In this document: positions 36,193-49,020 of the stretch, piece by piece
Layout: every line of letters starts with the position of its first letter
Position numbering within the stretch: position 1 is the stretch's first letter
Source: Octopus sinensis
Lineage: Eukaryota
Direction: 5' to 3'
Assembly: GCF_006345805.1 (NCBI RefSeq)
Contig: NC_043000.1
Span: forward strand, 65,906,001-65,970,000
DNA: 64,000 nucleotides
Position numbers and translations under genes: made by a program
The notes under the pieces: generated by a model
What the model was told of the DNA's origin: nothing
The model's database searches: none
The model's input: the letters and a program-made list of their open reading frames with translations, nothing else

Positions 36193-38091
36193 AAGGAACT
36201 AGCCTTCTACCGACCATATCTTATCACTCTGTACTAGCAAGCTGTCATTGGGAACAGTAGCATACAATACTCATTAGCTCTGGCAGAGACAAAACTGATC
36301 CCCAAATACAGAACCACCTATATTGCAAAAGCTACCGTCCAATTGTACTCCAGAACTTAATGTATAAGATATACACAGCATGCTTAAACCGCTTCTTCCA
36401 GGACCATTGTGAAACCAATGACATCATCACTGCAGAACAAGCAGCTGGAAAGAATGGAATCTTAGGATGTACCGAGCAATTGTTAATCAACAAAACTGTG
36501 ATGTCAAAAGTGCGAGAGCATAGGAGGAACCTATTTTCAATGTGTTAAGACTACAAGAAAGCCTTTGACTCTGTTCCCACTCATGGATGCTAGAAGCTCT
36601 TCAACTTGCTAAAGTTCCAGTGAGAATAGTCACATCCATAGCTGACCTGACTTCATCGTGGGTCATCATCTTGAAATTAAACACAAAGACTGACTGTATT
36701 ATAACTGATAGAATACAATATCGCAAAGCATATTCCAAGAGAACAACCTCTCTGTGATGTTGTTTATACTTTCTGTAAACCCCTTGTCATTCATGTTAAG
36801 GAAGTCTGAAGTATATCTCTCTGGTTCACAAGGAAACAGAAATACCAAAATTACACTGTTTCTTTGTGGATGACTTAAAACTTTATGCAAAGAATATGCA
36901 TGAGATGAAAAAGAGCCTTGACCTAGTTACAACATTTTCAAAGGATGTAGGGTTGGAGTTTGGTCAGGATAAGAGTTGTTATATGAATGTGAAAAGGGGG
37001 AAAAACTATAAACCATCAATGATTTGACTGTTTCCCCTATATCTGACGAAGAATGTTACAGGTATCTAGGGGTGGATGAAAACATATCTTATAATGACAC
37101 CTGTAACAAAACACGTGTTTCTAAAGAATATTACAGCCAAATAAAGAAAATTTGGACCTCAAAACTCTCTACATTCAATAAAACAGGGATAGAAATGCAG
37201 TAAAAGCAGTAAAATGTGACAACCGGTGCAGACTTTGTGGAGTTAACACCGAAGATATCACCCACATCATAAACAGTTGTCCGAAAATGTCATCGCAGTA
37301 TTATCTACCGATGAGACATGATGATGTAGCTAGGACACTCGATAATGAAATCCGTCGGAAGGATAACCACGAGGACAAAGAAATAAGAACCCACAGTTAG
37401 GTAGAAGTTATAGCCACTCATAATAAAAAGGAGTACTGGTTGAATGTCCCAGTAAAGATCTCAATAAAATGTAAGTACAACAGACCTGGTATAATGATTT
37501 GGGATACAGAAGAGAAACTGTGCATAGTTGTGGAAATTATCTGTCCAGCGGATGTTAACACGAAGCTGAACATCCGTGAAAAAGAGAATATCTACGCTGA
37601 ACTATTGAGAAATCTAGAGTAATTCTATCCAGATTACAAGTTCAGGTTTATACCGGTAATTTTGGGGGCCCTGGGATATGTAAAACTTTCTAAATACCAA
37701 TCTTGAGAAATTTGGCTTCTCAAAACAAGAAAGGTGAAAGCTAATTACAGATCCAATCCATCACAGGAACTGTAAAAATCTGTAAAACTTTCCAGAAGTT
37801 TATCATTTAAATGTATATGAGATTGTCTAGATATGCAACTATGTGCATGAGAATGCATACATAAAGCAAAACATACGAATTTGCACATATACATACATAC
37901 ATAAATACATACATACATACATACATACATACATACATACATACATACATACATACATACATACATACATACATACAAAGGTACCCTGTTTTTTATGCTG
38001 AAATTCCAATGAAGAAGCCTTGAATTTAGGTTAGAAACCAACTCTTTCTCTATCGGCAAGAAATCTTGAAATAAAACTGAACAATGACATA
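36193..38091 (+). mobile_element. R4/Dong-type retrotransposon with RT and RLE remnants
   Basis: SYRPIVLQNLMYKIYT, EQAAG, DYKKAFDSVP, FVDDLK (36863-36880), then RHD-type and RPGIMIW...VVEIICP segments; many stops; begins in (TACA)n and ends in ACATAC. Confidence 0.9.
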
Positions 38092-38109
38092 CCTAGGGGG
38101 TGCGTTGCG

Positions 38110-38182
38110 TTACATAGATATTTTAAGGACTGAATAGAAATATTTTACGAAAACATAAAAACGGAAAATTAGCAAAACAGCC
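38110..38182 (-). repeat. Left arm of an inverted repeat with 39378-39440
   Basis: AAGGACTGAATAGAAATATTTTACGAAAACATAAAAACGGAAAATTA versus TAATTTTCCGTTATGTTTTCGTCAAATTTTTCTATTCGGTCCTT. Confidence 0.7.
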
Positions 38183-38260
38183 GGGCATATGGCGTAGTGG
38201 TTAAGAGCGCGGGCTACTAACCCCAAGATTCCGCATTCGATCCCAGACAGTGACCTGAAT
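38181..38260 (+). mobile_element. Short tRNA-like SINE with (AAT)n tail; not a functional tRNA
   Basis: GGCGTAGTGGTTAAG (A box), ATTCGATCCC (B-box-like); acceptor stem not formed. Confidence 0.7.
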
Positions 38261-38261
38261 G

Positions 38262-38317
<56 letters not shown>

Positions 38318-38318
<1 letters not shown>

Positions 38319-38780
38319 TGACTGTCCCAATCGATATAAACGTATCTGTCAAGACCTACCAAAAACTGAGCAAATATAAAGATCTTGAAATAGAAATCAA
38401 CAAAATGTGGAAGCTGAAGACTAAAACAATACCTGTTGTCATAGGTGCCCTGGGAATGATAGCGAAAGGGACTGATTGCTACCTAACTCAGATACCAGGA
38501 AACCCCAAAATGGCAGAAATTCAAAAGATAGTGCTCATGGGAACTGCTCATATCCTACGCAAAATACTCTCTATGTAATCCCAAGGTTTAAAACAAACTT
38601 TTTATTTATTTTTTTTTATTATTATTTTTTTTTTTATGTATTAGACATTCACTAGTACAACACCAAACCCACCCACCCCAAATATATGGCACAGAACTTC
38701 CAACCTGTTGTCTCTTGAGGTCTCTGGGTGAGACTTGGAGCCAACTTGTACAGACATAAAGCAAAAGTCAAACATAGAGT
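38318..38780 (+). mobile_element. 3' end of a second R4/Dong subfamily inserted in (TAA)n
   Basis: KLSKYKDLEIEINKMWKLKTKTIPVVIGALG...IQKIVLMGTAHILRK* is a typical RLE C-terminus; (TAA)n on both sides. Confidence 0.88.
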
Positions 38781-38859
38781 AATAATAATAATAATAACAA
38801 CAACAACAATAACAACAATAATAATAATAAAAATAATAATAACAATAATAATAATAGCA

Positions 38860-39440
38860 TCGAAAAAACCTGCCTTAGGACCCGAGCAGTTACGTCTGTC
38901 TGTGCTTCTCGCTCTGTCCTGTAGGACTTTTTCCTTTTTCCATTGCGTTACTTCACTATATCCGTTTGATAGCTGGGAGGCTTCGTTGTTGTATATGGTG
39001 TATATGTATAATTATTCTCTATTTTTCTGTATAGCCGAAGGCCCCTTTTCTGTTATATATATATATAATAATAATATTTTTTTTATAACCGAAAGGCCCT
39101 TTTCTATTGTATATGTATAAATTATTCCTTTCCTGCTGTATTTTCATAACTATTTTTTTTTTGTTGTATACGTACAATTGTTATATATTTTAGCTTGTCT
39201 TGTTTGTTTTTGTCCTTGTATACATTGGTTAGCTATTTCCAGAGGCGTCTTGCTTTGGTGCTGCCAAAGACGGAGTGGTATCAATGTTAAAAGCGAGAAA
39301 CCACAAGGCTGTCTTGGACATTGACTGATGAGAAATCAGGTGCGAAATTTCCGTGTATTATGCTTTTGTCTATTTTTCCGGTTGTCTTTGTTAATTTTCC
39401 GTTATGTTTTCGTCAAATTTTTCTATTCGGTCCTTGAAAT
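38860..39440 (+). mobile_element. PLE-like terminal region with decayed hammerhead core
   Basis: CTGATGA-G...C-GAAATTTC at 39325-39351; stem I is no longer paired; ends in (TACA)n. Confidence 0.45.
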
Positions 39441-39694
39441 ACATACATACATACATACATACATACATACATACATACATACATACATACATACATACAA
39501 AAGTAAAATCTTGAGAGTGAGTGAAGAGCTCCTAAATAAGTACTCTTAAATGTAAAGCTGCTTCATGTGAGATAAATGTAACAGAACAAACGTATTTAAA
39601 CAGAAACATGGAGGTGAAACACTTACATTAGCAAAAGGTTATACCTGGGTACATATTCCACAAGCTTCAGGATACTAACAATATTAGGAAGGAA

Positions 39695-39890
39695 GTTAGC
39701 ACGCCGGGCAAAATGCTTAGCAATATTTCGTCCGTCTTCACGGTCTCAGTTCAAAATCCGCCAACGTCGACTTGCCCTTATATCCCTTTGGTGTCGATAA
39801 AATAAGTCCCAATTAAAAACTGGGGTCGATGTAATCGACTTACCACCTCCCGAAACGGCTGGCCTTGTGCTGAAATTTGAAATCAATATT
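39695..39890 (+). mobile_element. Nin/Deu-type SINE
   Basis: GTTAGCACGCCGGGCAAAATGCTTAG...GTCGATAAAATAAGT...GGCCTTGTGC. Confidence 0.8.
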
Positions 39891-40189
39891 AACATTAAGT
39901 ATAGCTTCTCTTGGACCATTGATATGCACATCACATCTCACCTAGAACAATACGCTTTTGTTGTTCAGAAATAGGTGATAGTTATTAAATACCTGATAAA
40001 TAAGAGAGACAAGGATAACTCTAAACCTACATATTATGACAGAAAATATAGATTATGCTGTTCTAGTGTGAATGATATTGCCTATATCATCTACATGTAT
40101 CTAAAAGTATCCATGAAAATGTTGTTAAAGCTATTTATACTGATATCACTAAGAAGGATTGTCCTCACAATCATACCAAAGGCAAACTA

Positions 40190-40830
40190 GAACTTTTGTA
40201 TCATATTGGGCTGATACTGGTGTAGGCGTTTTAATTTCATATCACAAGCAGCATTTCTTCCCAAATAAAGCGTCAGACAATTTTTGGAAGCTTTAAATCG
40301 TTGTGTTGATTTTTCCTCTTGAGACATAAAAGTTCTTGCAGGCATGAGCTCCCAGAAAAGCACAGTTACGTCAACCTGTATACTTTCTCTGGTGTGTAAC
40401 CCCCATAGCAATCTTTTTATTTTCCTCAGCCGCTCAGAATAATTCGTAGCATCTTCTGTATTAGCACTGCCAGCGCCAGTCATTTTTATGTTGCGCAAAT
40501 TCCAGCTCCTCTTAAACCTTATAAATCAGCTTAAATCGTCCATACCAACTTTTATGTTTATTCATTTATTTATTTATTTTACGAGACAGAAAACGTTTTT
40601 CATTAGAATTTTCCTTTTTCTGCAAATCGTCATACAAAGTTTTGGCCTTTATAATTACCATCGTGCTTATCGGCACATTTCACAAAGCGTGATCCTTGAT
40701 TCATACATTCAAGACCTTTTCCATTTCATGCATAACATTAAATCTCTGAAAAATAAGGTCCGGGAAGTTAACGAAGTAGACTGTTGTGCATTTGATTCTA
40801 ATTTTCTTTTTATTTTCGCGTATTATCCTT
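40190..40830 (-). pseudogene. Tigger (TIGD1-like) transposase remnant
   Basis: LRNIKMTGAGSANTEDA...VDVTVLFWELMPARTFMSQEEK...FKASKNCLTLYLGRNAACDMKLK. Confidence 0.8.
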
Positions 40831-40876
40831 ACTGTAAATGTAGCAATATTTTGGCAATAAGACTGGTATTTTTTTC

Positions 40877-40921
<45 letters not shown>

Positions 40922-41272
40922 GCATCAAGCCTTTTTAAAACAGTTCCTTTCCGCACTACTGCCTCCATTTCCACATGATGACTTCTTTTCAGACATCTTC
41001 AATTATAGGTCAATCCAATAACGGATGCGATCAACAATTAGCCAAATAACATATGTAGTAAAAAGAGTAGCATAAAAAAAACTGTTTCGTGAGAGCAAAA
41101 AGAATTATTGTTTCAATTCTTCTAAATAAAAGTATGGAAATGAGAAGATGAAAAGATTTAAGATGACGCATACTCAAACACATGCTTACATATACATACG
41201 CACAAACACGTACACGCATATACGTATACGCACACACGCATGCGCATTCATATACATCGCAATTTAAGTATA

Positions 41273-41346
<74 letters not shown>

Positions 41347-41653
41347 TATATGTACATAGTTTTACAAATTGCTAACTATCTTAACTAAGACACTGAAAAG
41401 CGACTTTTCATTAAGAAGAAAGTGTAGTTTTAGATTGTTAAAATTCATCCGAATTTCCTTAAGGACGAAATTTCAGACTGCATTCTTACTTTTCAATCCC
41501 GTAGGCGCGAAACACCTTAATACATACATACATACATACATACATACATACATACATACATACATACATACATACATACATACATACATACATACATACA
41601 TACATACATACATACATACATACATACATACATACATACATACCTATATATAT

Positions 41654-43973
41654 AACAAAAGAGCAGGTGTATTTCCGCGCAGGAAAAAAACAGGAAAATT
41701 TGTTGTTGAAAATGTACTTAAATTTGAAAAACTTGTAATAGTTTTTAATAGATTTATAGTTTTTAATAGTTTGTAATAGATTTATTTACATACAAACCAA
41801 ACTAATTTCAACAATGTTTTTTGTTAATCAATAGTAAAAATTTTAACTTATGAATTAGAAAAACATATTTAAAAGTTTCAATGTTTACAAGTTTCAAAAA
41901 TATCAAATATGATTTAAATCTTCATAACATTCAATAATATAAAAATGTGGATGATCTTGTTTAAATGTACAAAATTCAATAGTGTTAGAAGTGACCGATA
42001 AAAAATGTGGATCATCAAAGGTTCAGTTATACTGAGTCAAGATTCAATAATATCAAATATGATTTAGATGTTTACAACATTCAATAATATGAAAAATGTG
42101 GACATTCTTGTTTAAATGTACAAAATTCAATAGTGTTAGAAATGTGGATCACCAAAGGTTCGGTCATACTGAGTTAAGAGGGAGAAAAACAAGGGAGAAA
42201 TGAAGATACTAAAAAACGGTCTTCTTTACAGTTTCTGTGATTCTTTTTCGGTCGTGTGCAGGGACTTTCGCTTGTAACGGCGTTGTTTGGAATCCGGTGT
42301 ATTTATAATTTTTTTCCGTGAACGGATCTGATTTTTGATTCGTTTAAAGTACTGGTGACGTTTTATTTTTCTGGTGGTTAAGATTATCATTCTGCCTGGT
42401 TGGCTTCCCTGTGGGCAACGGATATCAGCCGTTCCAGTTGATTGGTTATCTTAAAGGTCATTTTGTTGTATTTACTGAAGTTCGGTTTCGATTGGAGGTA
42501 AAATTTCATTGGTCTAGAGTTAGGCGGCATCAGCAACTGGTGTTTGTACGGTGTTATTGTATGGTGATTTCGAGTTGCGGTTTCGAAACCCGTGTGGAAG
42601 ACTGTCACAAAGTTATTTGAATTATGTCTGTTGTATCTGGTTGTTGCGTTTTTTTTTTTTTTCTGTAGAGAAATACTGTTACTAAAGTTATGGGAATTAT
42701 GTCTGTTGTACCTAGTTGTTGGTTTTTGTGGAGAAATTGGGTCTTTTTTCTTTTTTTCTCTTTAGTGTTTTTTCTTCTTTCTAAAGGATATTCAGCTGTG
42801 GTTTATATTTTTTAATGAGCATGCTTTCCTTATTCAAACAGAATTGGATTGAAGAGTTTCCGATTCATTGATAGAGAGGGAAGATTTGGTATTTCGGGTT
42901 TATGTTTGCGGTGTTTTCTTACGGGAGTTTTCCTGGTCGTGGGGTCCCGGATTTGTTGCCTGTATACCGTTAGTCTGCCCCTCAAGGTCAAATTAATTTG
43001 ATCTATGTAGTCTCCACCACACCCTCCACATTTAAGAACATAGATTATGGTTTTCGAAGCACAGGTGAAGTGATTTGTTATGGTAAAAGTTTGACCTGAC
43101 TTAAATTTTCATGTTGAGCCCTCTAAGAGGAAGACGCAAGTCCCGCAGTTAGAGAGGTTGCACTTTTTGACTAGTGGAGTTGTAATTTTGGTGGGTAATT
43201 TGGCGCTGGTGAGTAAGTTTTTTAGGGATTGCGGTTGTCTCTTATATTTAATAATCTTATGAGTTTCCAGTGCCTTTTTCATTCGCAGGTCATTCATAAG
43301 GAGGGGTATGTTTTGGTGGGTGATGTATGCTTCCATATTACTTGGATAGTGTGTTGATACGTAAGATGAAGTTTTAAGTGTGTCATGATGTTTTCTTGTT
43401 TTCTATAACTCTTGAATGTCTATCACTTTTGCACGTTCTATTCCGTTTTTGATTAGACTGACTGAGTATTTTTATCTAGTAATGTATTTTTTAAGTTCTT
43501 GGAGTCGCTTTTCTCGACTTTCGGGATTTGATGCAATCGTTCAAATTCTTCTTTTTATTACTATCAAATTCCCTTTTTATTTACTATCTTCATTTCTCCC
43601 TTGTTTTTTTCCCTCTTAACTCAGTATGACCGAACCTTTGATAATCCACAATTCGTATCGATCACTTGTAACACTATTGAATTTTGTACATTTAAACAAG
43701 ATGATCCACATTTTTTTATATTATTGAATGTTGTGAAAATTTAAATCATATTTGATATTATTGAAACTAGTCAACATTGAAACTTTTAAACATGTTTTTC
43801 TAATTCATAATTCTAAATTTTTACCATTGATAAACAAAAAACATTGTTGAAACTAGTATGGTATGTATGTAAATAAATTTATTTAAAAACAGTTACAAAT
43901 TTTTCAAATTTAAGTGCATTTTCAACAAATTTTCCTTTTTTTTCCCTGCGTGGAAATACACCTACTCATTTGT

Positions 43974-43974
<1 letters not shown>
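41654..43974 (-). mobile_element. Penelope-like element: 5'-truncated GIY-YIG-coding copy with an inverted terminal repeat at its 5' side
   Basis: 41654-42210 (with an internal tandem duplication) is the reverse complement of about 43560-43974; both ends abut (TA)n; a coding remnant lies between. Confidence 0.85.
42790..43560 (-). pseudogene. PLE RT-linker and GIY-YIG endonuclease remnant
   Basis: REKRLQELK...IKNGIERAK; KRQPQSLKNLLTSAK...VKKC..NCGTC; FTCASKTIIYVLKCGG..GDYIDQ..LRGRLTVYRQQIRDP; frameshifted. Confidence 0.88.
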
Positions 43975-44034
<60 letters not shown>

Positions 44035-44068
44035 GTGTGTGTGTGTATGTATGTATATATATTCATAC

Positions 44069-44131
<63 letters not shown>

Positions 44132-44340
44132 ACGGAGATGTACTCGCATAGCAAGTGATTTGATCTGAGATCGTGTGCTGGAACGAAAACAATTGCAGCG
44201 TGGAAGGTGTTTGTAAGCCATTTAAGAAACACACAAAAGCCGTTCGATTCACTTCAACATTTAAGTTTAATTTGTCTAAATATTTTCGTCGCTAAAATCC
44301 GCGACCTGTTCACTGACAAAAATCCGTGCTGCATCTGAGA
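44132..44340 (-). mobile_element. PLE-like terminal repeat (family 3), copy of 4582-4800
   Basis: Collinear similarity; starts at (TA)n. Confidence 0.65.
44271..44320 (-). ncRNA. Hammerhead-like motif with a G3:C8 core (GUGAACA)
   Basis: Minus strand: TTTGTCA-GTGAACA-G-GTCGC-GGATTTTA-GCGAC-GAAA-ATAT-TT-AGACAAA; the same core occurs at 4757-4763. Confidence 0.55.
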
Positions 44341-44749
44341 AAGTAACAATTCGTCATATATATGTACGTATGTATGTGTGTATGTATGTATACACACATG
44401 TATGCATATATGTATGTACGTACATACGCCTGTGTATGTATGTATGTATGTATGTATGTATGTATGTATGTATGTATGTATGGATGTATGTATGGATGTA
44501 TGTATGTGTGTGTATATGCACGCACATACACACTATAAACATAAAGTTATAAACCTGTAGTGATGGATAGATGTAGACTGACCACTCATCACAATAATAT
44601 CAAATTTCAACCTCCCCCGCCGAAACTAGGAAATGATTTACGACCCTCACTGCCAAAACAAAACCCTAAAACCTATTATCGGACATTTATCTCTATTATT
44701 GTTTATTTGAACGAACACCACGCATCCATTTCCAAGTATATCTCTTTTC

Positions 44750-45243
<494 letters not shown>

Positions 45244-45493
45244 TATATAATATAATATATATATATATATATACGAATATAAACAAGAAGGGTAGAAATA
45301 TTAGTTACTACCAGGTGCCCAGCACAAAAGACGAATCAGTTATAAGACAAAAATATTATTCGTATAGAAAAATATTATTCATGTAGTAATACAATTAAAG
45401 GCCCCTAAATTAGGATGCCAAGTGCTGGGAACACAAAAAGAAGATGAACTTATCGAGAGTGAAAATCAAAAACATTTACCGATAACTTTACAC

Positions 45494-45567
45494 CTCGGAC
45501 CGATCAGTTTCTGCCTCTTTCTAGCAAAACACAAAATATGTTTGCTAAGGCTGGCTTTATCAACGAG
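45494..45567 (-). ncRNA. Type I hammerhead motif, U3:A8 variant
   Basis: Reverse complement of 46274-46347. Confidence 0.7.
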
Positions 45568-46273
45568 TCGCCTAAATTGAATCGAGGTCTGCAGCGATGT
45601 GAGAACATGTGTCGATCTCGACTACTAGCAGATCTTAACTTTTCAAATCTCTGCGCAGACGCAAAATCTACACGGCAGTATAGGGCATGCCGGGAAGAAT
45701 TCTACGAATAAATTCATCATGTAAATATGCGAATATAAACAAGAAGGGTAGAAATATTAGTTACTACCAGGTGCCCAGCACAAAAGACGAATCAGTCATA
45801 AGACAAAAATATTATTCGTATAGAAAAATATTATTCATGTAGTAATACAATTAAAGGCCCCTAAATTAGGATGTGTTTTGCTAGAAAGAGGCAGAAACTG
45901 ATCGGTCCGAGGTGTAAAGTTTTCACTCTCGATAAGTTCATCTTCTTTTTGTGTTCCCAGCACTTGGCATCCTAATTTAGGGGCCTTTAATTGTATTACT
46001 ACATGAATAATATTTTTCTATACGAATAATATTTTTGTCTTATGACTGATTCGTCTTTTGTGCTGGGCACCTGGTAGTAACTAATATTTCTACCCTTCTT
46101 GTTTATATTCGCATATTTACATGATGAATTTATTCGTAGATTTCTTCCCGGCATGCCCTATACTGCCGTGTAGATTTTGCGTCTGCGCAGAGATTTGAAA
46201 AGTTAAGATCTGCTAGTAGTCGAGATCGACACATGTTCTCACATCGCTGCAGACCTCGATTCAATTTAGGCGA

Positions 46274-46347
46274 CTCGTTGATAAAGCCAGCCTTAGCAAA
46301 CATATTTTGTGTTTTGCTAGAAAGAGGCAGAAACTGATCGGTCCGAG
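46274..46347 (+). ncRNA. Type I hammerhead motif, U3:A8 variant
   Basis: CTCG-TTGATAA(46278-46284)-A-GCC...[TAGCAAACATA-TTT-TGTGTTTTGCTA]...GGC-A-GAAAC(46330-46334)-TGATCG-GTC(46341-46343)-CGAG; stem III ACUGAUCGGU is self-complementary with GU pairs. Confidence 0.72.
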
Positions 46348-46474
46348 GTGTAAAGTTATCGGTAAATGTTTTTGATTTTCACTCTCGATAAGTTCATCTT
46401 CTTTTTGTGTTCCCAGCACTTGGCATCCTAATTTAGGGGCCTTTAATTGTATATATATATATATATACATTAAG

Positions 46475-46799
46475 ATTAAGACCCCCTTCGGTCATGAATG
46501 ACCATGGGATTGCGCCTTGAAAGTTACCCTCCTAGACACAAGTCCGGGCAAGGTTGTTTATGGAAGACCAGCAGTCGCCCATGCATACCAGCCTCCCCTC
46601 TCCACGCCACAAGTGTTATCCAAGGGAAAGGCAAAGGTCGATACAGCTTGGGTACCAGTGACGTCGCAACTCATTTCTACAGCTGAGTGAACTGGAGCAA
46701 CGTGAAATAAAGTGCCTTGCTCAAGAACACAACACCCAACCCGGTCCAGGATTCGAGATCACAACCTCATGATTGTAAGCTCGACGCTCTAACCACTAT
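46475..46799 (-). mobile_element. tRNA-derived SINE (fourth variant)
   Basis: Minus strand head TAGTGGTTAGAGCGTCGAGCTTACAATCATGAGGTTGTGATCTCGAATCCTGGACCGGG, then TGTGTTCTTGAGCAAGGCAC. Confidence 0.8.
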
Positions 46800-46889
46800 A
46801 TATACACATACATGTATATAATTATATGTGTATGTATGTATGTATGTATGTATGTATGTATGTATGTATGTATGTATGTATGTATGTCT

Positions 46890-47570
46890 TGGGTATAATT
46901 TTACTCTGCCTCTGATAGTGGGGCCCTAGTTCGAGAGTTCAAGGTCATTGAGGAGTATGAAACTACGCCTTAGCCACTATTGCTCCCCAAGTCTAGTCTG
47001 ATCTATCAGGGTCCCAACTATGGAACTATGGGATAACTACCATATGGGATGACAGTCCATCTGAGTGCAAGGGCGCAGAAATTCCCCTTGGTAAGTGTTA
47101 GACCATGCAGTAAAACCACCTGGTAGTGAGAGATCCCTTGCTGTTGTCACAAAATCCGTCTAGGACGGGACACCATGTAAAACCTACGATTTCACTGATT
47201 ACTGGTCATCTCGCTTCCGCTTGTCTGTAGGTATTAATCACGGAGACTCAGAGAGTGGTACTCTTGTTGTACAAGCATTTATCACTATAGACCAATGACG
47301 AACAGCTGTCTCTTTTTGGCGACCTCAGATGTCAGTTCTTGTACCAAAAGTCCTATGGAGATGGAAGAGTGGTGATGTCTGCAGATCTAACCAGTTGGAA
47401 GCGCACATTAAGTGACAACTTTCGTCTGTCACCTATGCTTCGAAGCATGCAAATCTGCAATAGGATTGAATAGTCATCCGAGAAGTCACGGACGGAAAGT
47501 TAGAAATGCTTTTGACTACGGGAGAGCACAAAGAGACGGTGATCATCCGTGGCGATGTAACAATCACCAT
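46890..47570 (+). mobile_element. RTE-type LINE remnant; 3' end best supported (47330-47570)
   Basis: FVCHLCFEACKSAIGLNSHPRSHGR matches the C-terminal zinc-finger-like motif of RTE/BovB ORFs; followed by a short 3' UTR and (TATG)n. Confidence 0.6.
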
Positions 47571-47579
47571 GTATGTATG

Positions 47580-47613
<34 letters not shown>

Positions 47614-48652
47614 TGTATGTATGTATGTATGTATGTTTGTATGTATGTATGTATGTATGCATGCCTGTTTTTCGTTGAGTTTAATTTAAGTTCTTCTTGG
47701 CAGAGTTCAAGTCGGTCTCTAACAAAGCCACAAGACTTTTTGAGTTAAGAGAATTCCCGAGGTTTTTAAATATGCGATTGAGTTGGTGCGCTGGTTGAAC
47801 TGTCGATTCACACATCCAAGTGCGCCCATTTATTTGCATGTAGGTATTTATTTATCATCTCGTTTTTGTGTGTGTGTATATATATATATATTTATACAGG
47901 ACTGCGTTGTCGAATATGTCCTCCTAATTTAAAAGTAATTTGATGAAAATTAAGCTGCTGATTTCTTGCAGGTAGACTGACTGTGCATAGATCGTCTCTC
48001 GTTGGCTTAATAAATTCGGTTGTTGTTTAGCACCAAATCAACCCAGATCAAAGACTTACGATGAAAAGAGTTTCAGTTGTGAAAATCCTGTCATTTTGTA
48101 TGTCGGGAATTGCACTATTGAATACATACTTTATTTAAGACAAAAGGACATGAGTTAAAAGAAATTTGTTGGTAGTTTCAGCAACGACGATGTCGAAACT
48201 CCCTTTTTAAACGCAGAAACCAGCCGACATACCTTAACGTCACCATGTCTGTCAGGAAGCGATAAAGAAGAAAATATCTCTGTTTCTGTCTCTCTGTCTG
48301 TCTACCTGTCTCTCCCTCTCTCTCTCTCTCTCTCCCTTTCTCACTTTCTTTCCTCCCCCTCTTTCTCTCACACACAAGTTCTACTTCGTTTCTTCAGAGA
48401 GTACGTTGATGTGATAGGGTGTTGGGTGTTACTTAGGAAGACTGTGAAGATAGTTCGTGATAAGAAGAGCTTATGTTACATACATAATCATACTTACTTC
48501 AATATGATAAGGAAAAATATTAACATATTACACATGCACAAACACATATGCACGTTCACACAGACACATACACACACACATACATACACACATATATACA
48601 CACATATACAAACACATACATACATACATACATACATACATACATACATACA

Positions 48653-48683
<31 letters not shown>

Positions 48684-49020
48684 TTAATTTCATATTACCA
48701 GCAGCATTTCCTCTCAGAAGCGTCAGACACACATGCACGCATGTATTCAGCGGCATTTCCTTGCAGAAGACATACATGTGTGTATTCGTTCCTGAACATA
48801 CATTATATAAGGTTACACACACACACATACTTATTATTTTTGCTCGAAATTCTCTGGTATTTCTTTGACAAAATCCAGCAATTGCATTTTAGGGTCTACA
48901 AGAACGTGAGACAGCATTATATCTCATAATATCATTTGTGGATGATTTAAAGATCTATACTGGAAACATCTACAAAACTGAGAACCTACTGTATTAGTGA
49001 CAATATTTTCAGGCAATGAA

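Larger units (their letters stand above)
45274..46452. repeat. Tandem array of a 456-bp hammerhead-containing unit with an orientation switch at 45873/45874
   Basis: CGAATATAAACAAG recurs at 45274 and 45730; 45874-46452 is the reverse complement with a 20-bp deletion near 45920; only isolated substitutions; (TA)n on both flanks. Confidence 0.95.

Noticed and set aside
38181-38260. tRNA gene
   Set aside because: A and B boxes are present but there is no acceptor stem and it has an (AAT)n tail, so it is a SINE head.
42430-42545. Possible hammerhead in the PLE 3' region (CCAGTTG-CTGATG...CAACTGG on the minus strand)
   Set aside because: Stem I arms pair but the core is broken (CTGATGC; GATAACCAATC in place of GAAAC..GTC); it cannot be called without a consensus.
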